Assembly (NCBI GenBank): GCA_964106915.2
Contig: OZ066922.1
Length of the DNA stretch: 64,000 nt
Reading direction: 5' to 3' (one strand)
Origin: Podarcis gaigeae
Taxonomy: Eukaryota
The position numbers were made by a program, and so were the translations under genes. This document shows, piece by piece, positions 62,643 through 64,000 of the stretch (the first letter of the stretch is position 1; the number at the start of each line of letters is the position of its first letter). The notes under the pieces were generated by a model, which ran no database searches, was not told the DNA's origin, and saw only the letters and a program-made list of their open reading frames with translations.

Positions 62643-63156
62643 TGTGACGTCAAGGATGACCCTGACTGTACCAGTAGAACAGAAAAAACACGTTTGTGCC
62701 TTATCTTATGTTCTGACCACAAAGACGCACAGATCCAAGTCTGGGAACAACGCCAGAGTGTGTTCTCGGAAATGGTGACCTCTGGCTCCAAGATAAGAGT
62801 AGGAACAGGAATATCCTTTTATGGTCAGGAGTGCAGGAAGGAAATCCCTTTTATGGTTAAGAGTGCCGGAGCAGGAACATCTGTGATGTCAACCTGCGTG
62901 GATAGGCTGACGTGGTTGGATTCCTGGGGAAGGAGGGAGAGGGTGCCTGGAGGATATATATACTGCATGAAATTTCCCATTTCTTTGGACTTGCTGTGGA
63001 CTCACCAAGCAAGTGCCTTCTGCTATCCGGAGAGCAGAATAAACTCTTTCTTTGAACCAACCCCGGTGTCATTTGACTTCCTTCCTCCTATCCCGAAGCA
63101 GCTCTGATAGGCAGCAGCAGCACGTTCAAGGCTGCTACTTAGACAATCGCATGGCA
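62643..63156 (+). mobile_element. ERV-like solo LTR with U3 direct repeats, TATA and poly(A) signal
   Basis: Starts TGTGACG; duplicated AGGAA…CCTTTTATGGT…GAGTGC unit; TATATATA ~62955; AATAAA ~63038; CpG-rich. Right boundary and TSD (CAGTT/CAGTA) uncertain. Confidence 0.65.
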
Positions 63157-64000
63157 CAGTAAAATTGTTAGTCTCTCAGGTGCCACAGTTCTGTTTGCTG
63201 ATTCTGCTACAGCAGACTAACATGGAATATAGCACACTATAGGCCTCTATTGCGTTATTAACAGTGGTTAATTCATAGCATGTAGCCCTTGGGCTGAATA
63301 AATATAGGCTTCCATGAAAACTGGTTCCTATAATTAAAGATCTATGCACAAGGGGGAATGATTATTTTGCATCAATAAGCTCAATTATTAAGTGCTTGGT
63401 CTGCAATCTTGTCAATATCTTGTGAACATGTTTTTGCAGTGCATGACTGTATTCTTTCTTTTCATCATAACACAAGGTCGTTGATACTGCTGTCACCTGG
63501 GGATGGGGGAAATTACTTCACAAGATATTCACCACTAGGAAGCCACCATTATGGAAGAATGTAATGTAACTGTGGACACTGCTGGTTGAGACTGATTTTG
63601 GCCTCCAATAATGAGTGTGAAGCAATAATATTACGATGTAAAATGTAACATTTGTTCATATAATTTAGTGGGCTGAGACACACAGCACAGTGTAAGTTAA
63701 TTGATCAGGTTAATTGTACATAGCCAAAGGCTACAATATGGAAATTTTTATTTTTTTATAAAGTAATACATGCATTAAAGGAGAAAGTTGTTACGTAAAG
63801 TCATAGGGCAACCATTAGTAGCCATGTATACCATCCACCAAGTGTAACAAAGCACTGGATTAAAATTTATGATTCATGATAATTCTTGATATGGCTAGAA
63901 CTCAGCTTCTTAGCTGCCAGTGTAAACTTAGTGGCCAAATTCATAGCACGCAATTGTTTGTCAGCTAAATGTTTGATCTCCACTTTCTGAAGTGTACAAC

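Noticed and set aside
62502-63107. 201-aa ORF, the longest ORF without recognisable motifs
   Set aside because: Starts in flanking DNA and runs through LTR promoter and poly(A) signals; no domain motifs; most likely a chance open frame.

Overview
Repeat-rich, apparently non-coding vertebrate DNA (gene desert or large intron). Sauria SINEs together with Bov-B, CR1, L1, L2, Rex1/Babar and Penelope elements point to a squamate, probably a lacertid lizard (inference). No host protein-coding gene could be recognised. Every ORF with a recognisable product is retroelement-derived: the intact 3' end of a Ty1/copia pol with PPT and 3' LTR, three L1 fragments, two Bov-B, Rex1/Babar, CR1 and an old RTE. 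Several nested insertions can be ordered by their target-site duplications (TSDs). Most notable: (1) two nucleotide-divergent solo LTRs carry a ~100-codon reading frame starting at LTR base 2, with an acidic N-part and a shared RR-x7-RR-x-M-x4-LLCW motif (one copy needs a 1-nt homopolymer correction), suggesting an LTR-encoded protein domain; (2) a 268-bp Penelope palindrome carrying two opposed minimal hammerhead ribozymes; (3) a Sauria SINE with a twin-priming-type 5' inversion; (4) an L1 copy with an in-frame loss of the RT domain; (5) a young Copia inserted in the youngest SINE subfamily. There is one assembly gap (23369-23504). Family names come from motif recognition, not database searches.
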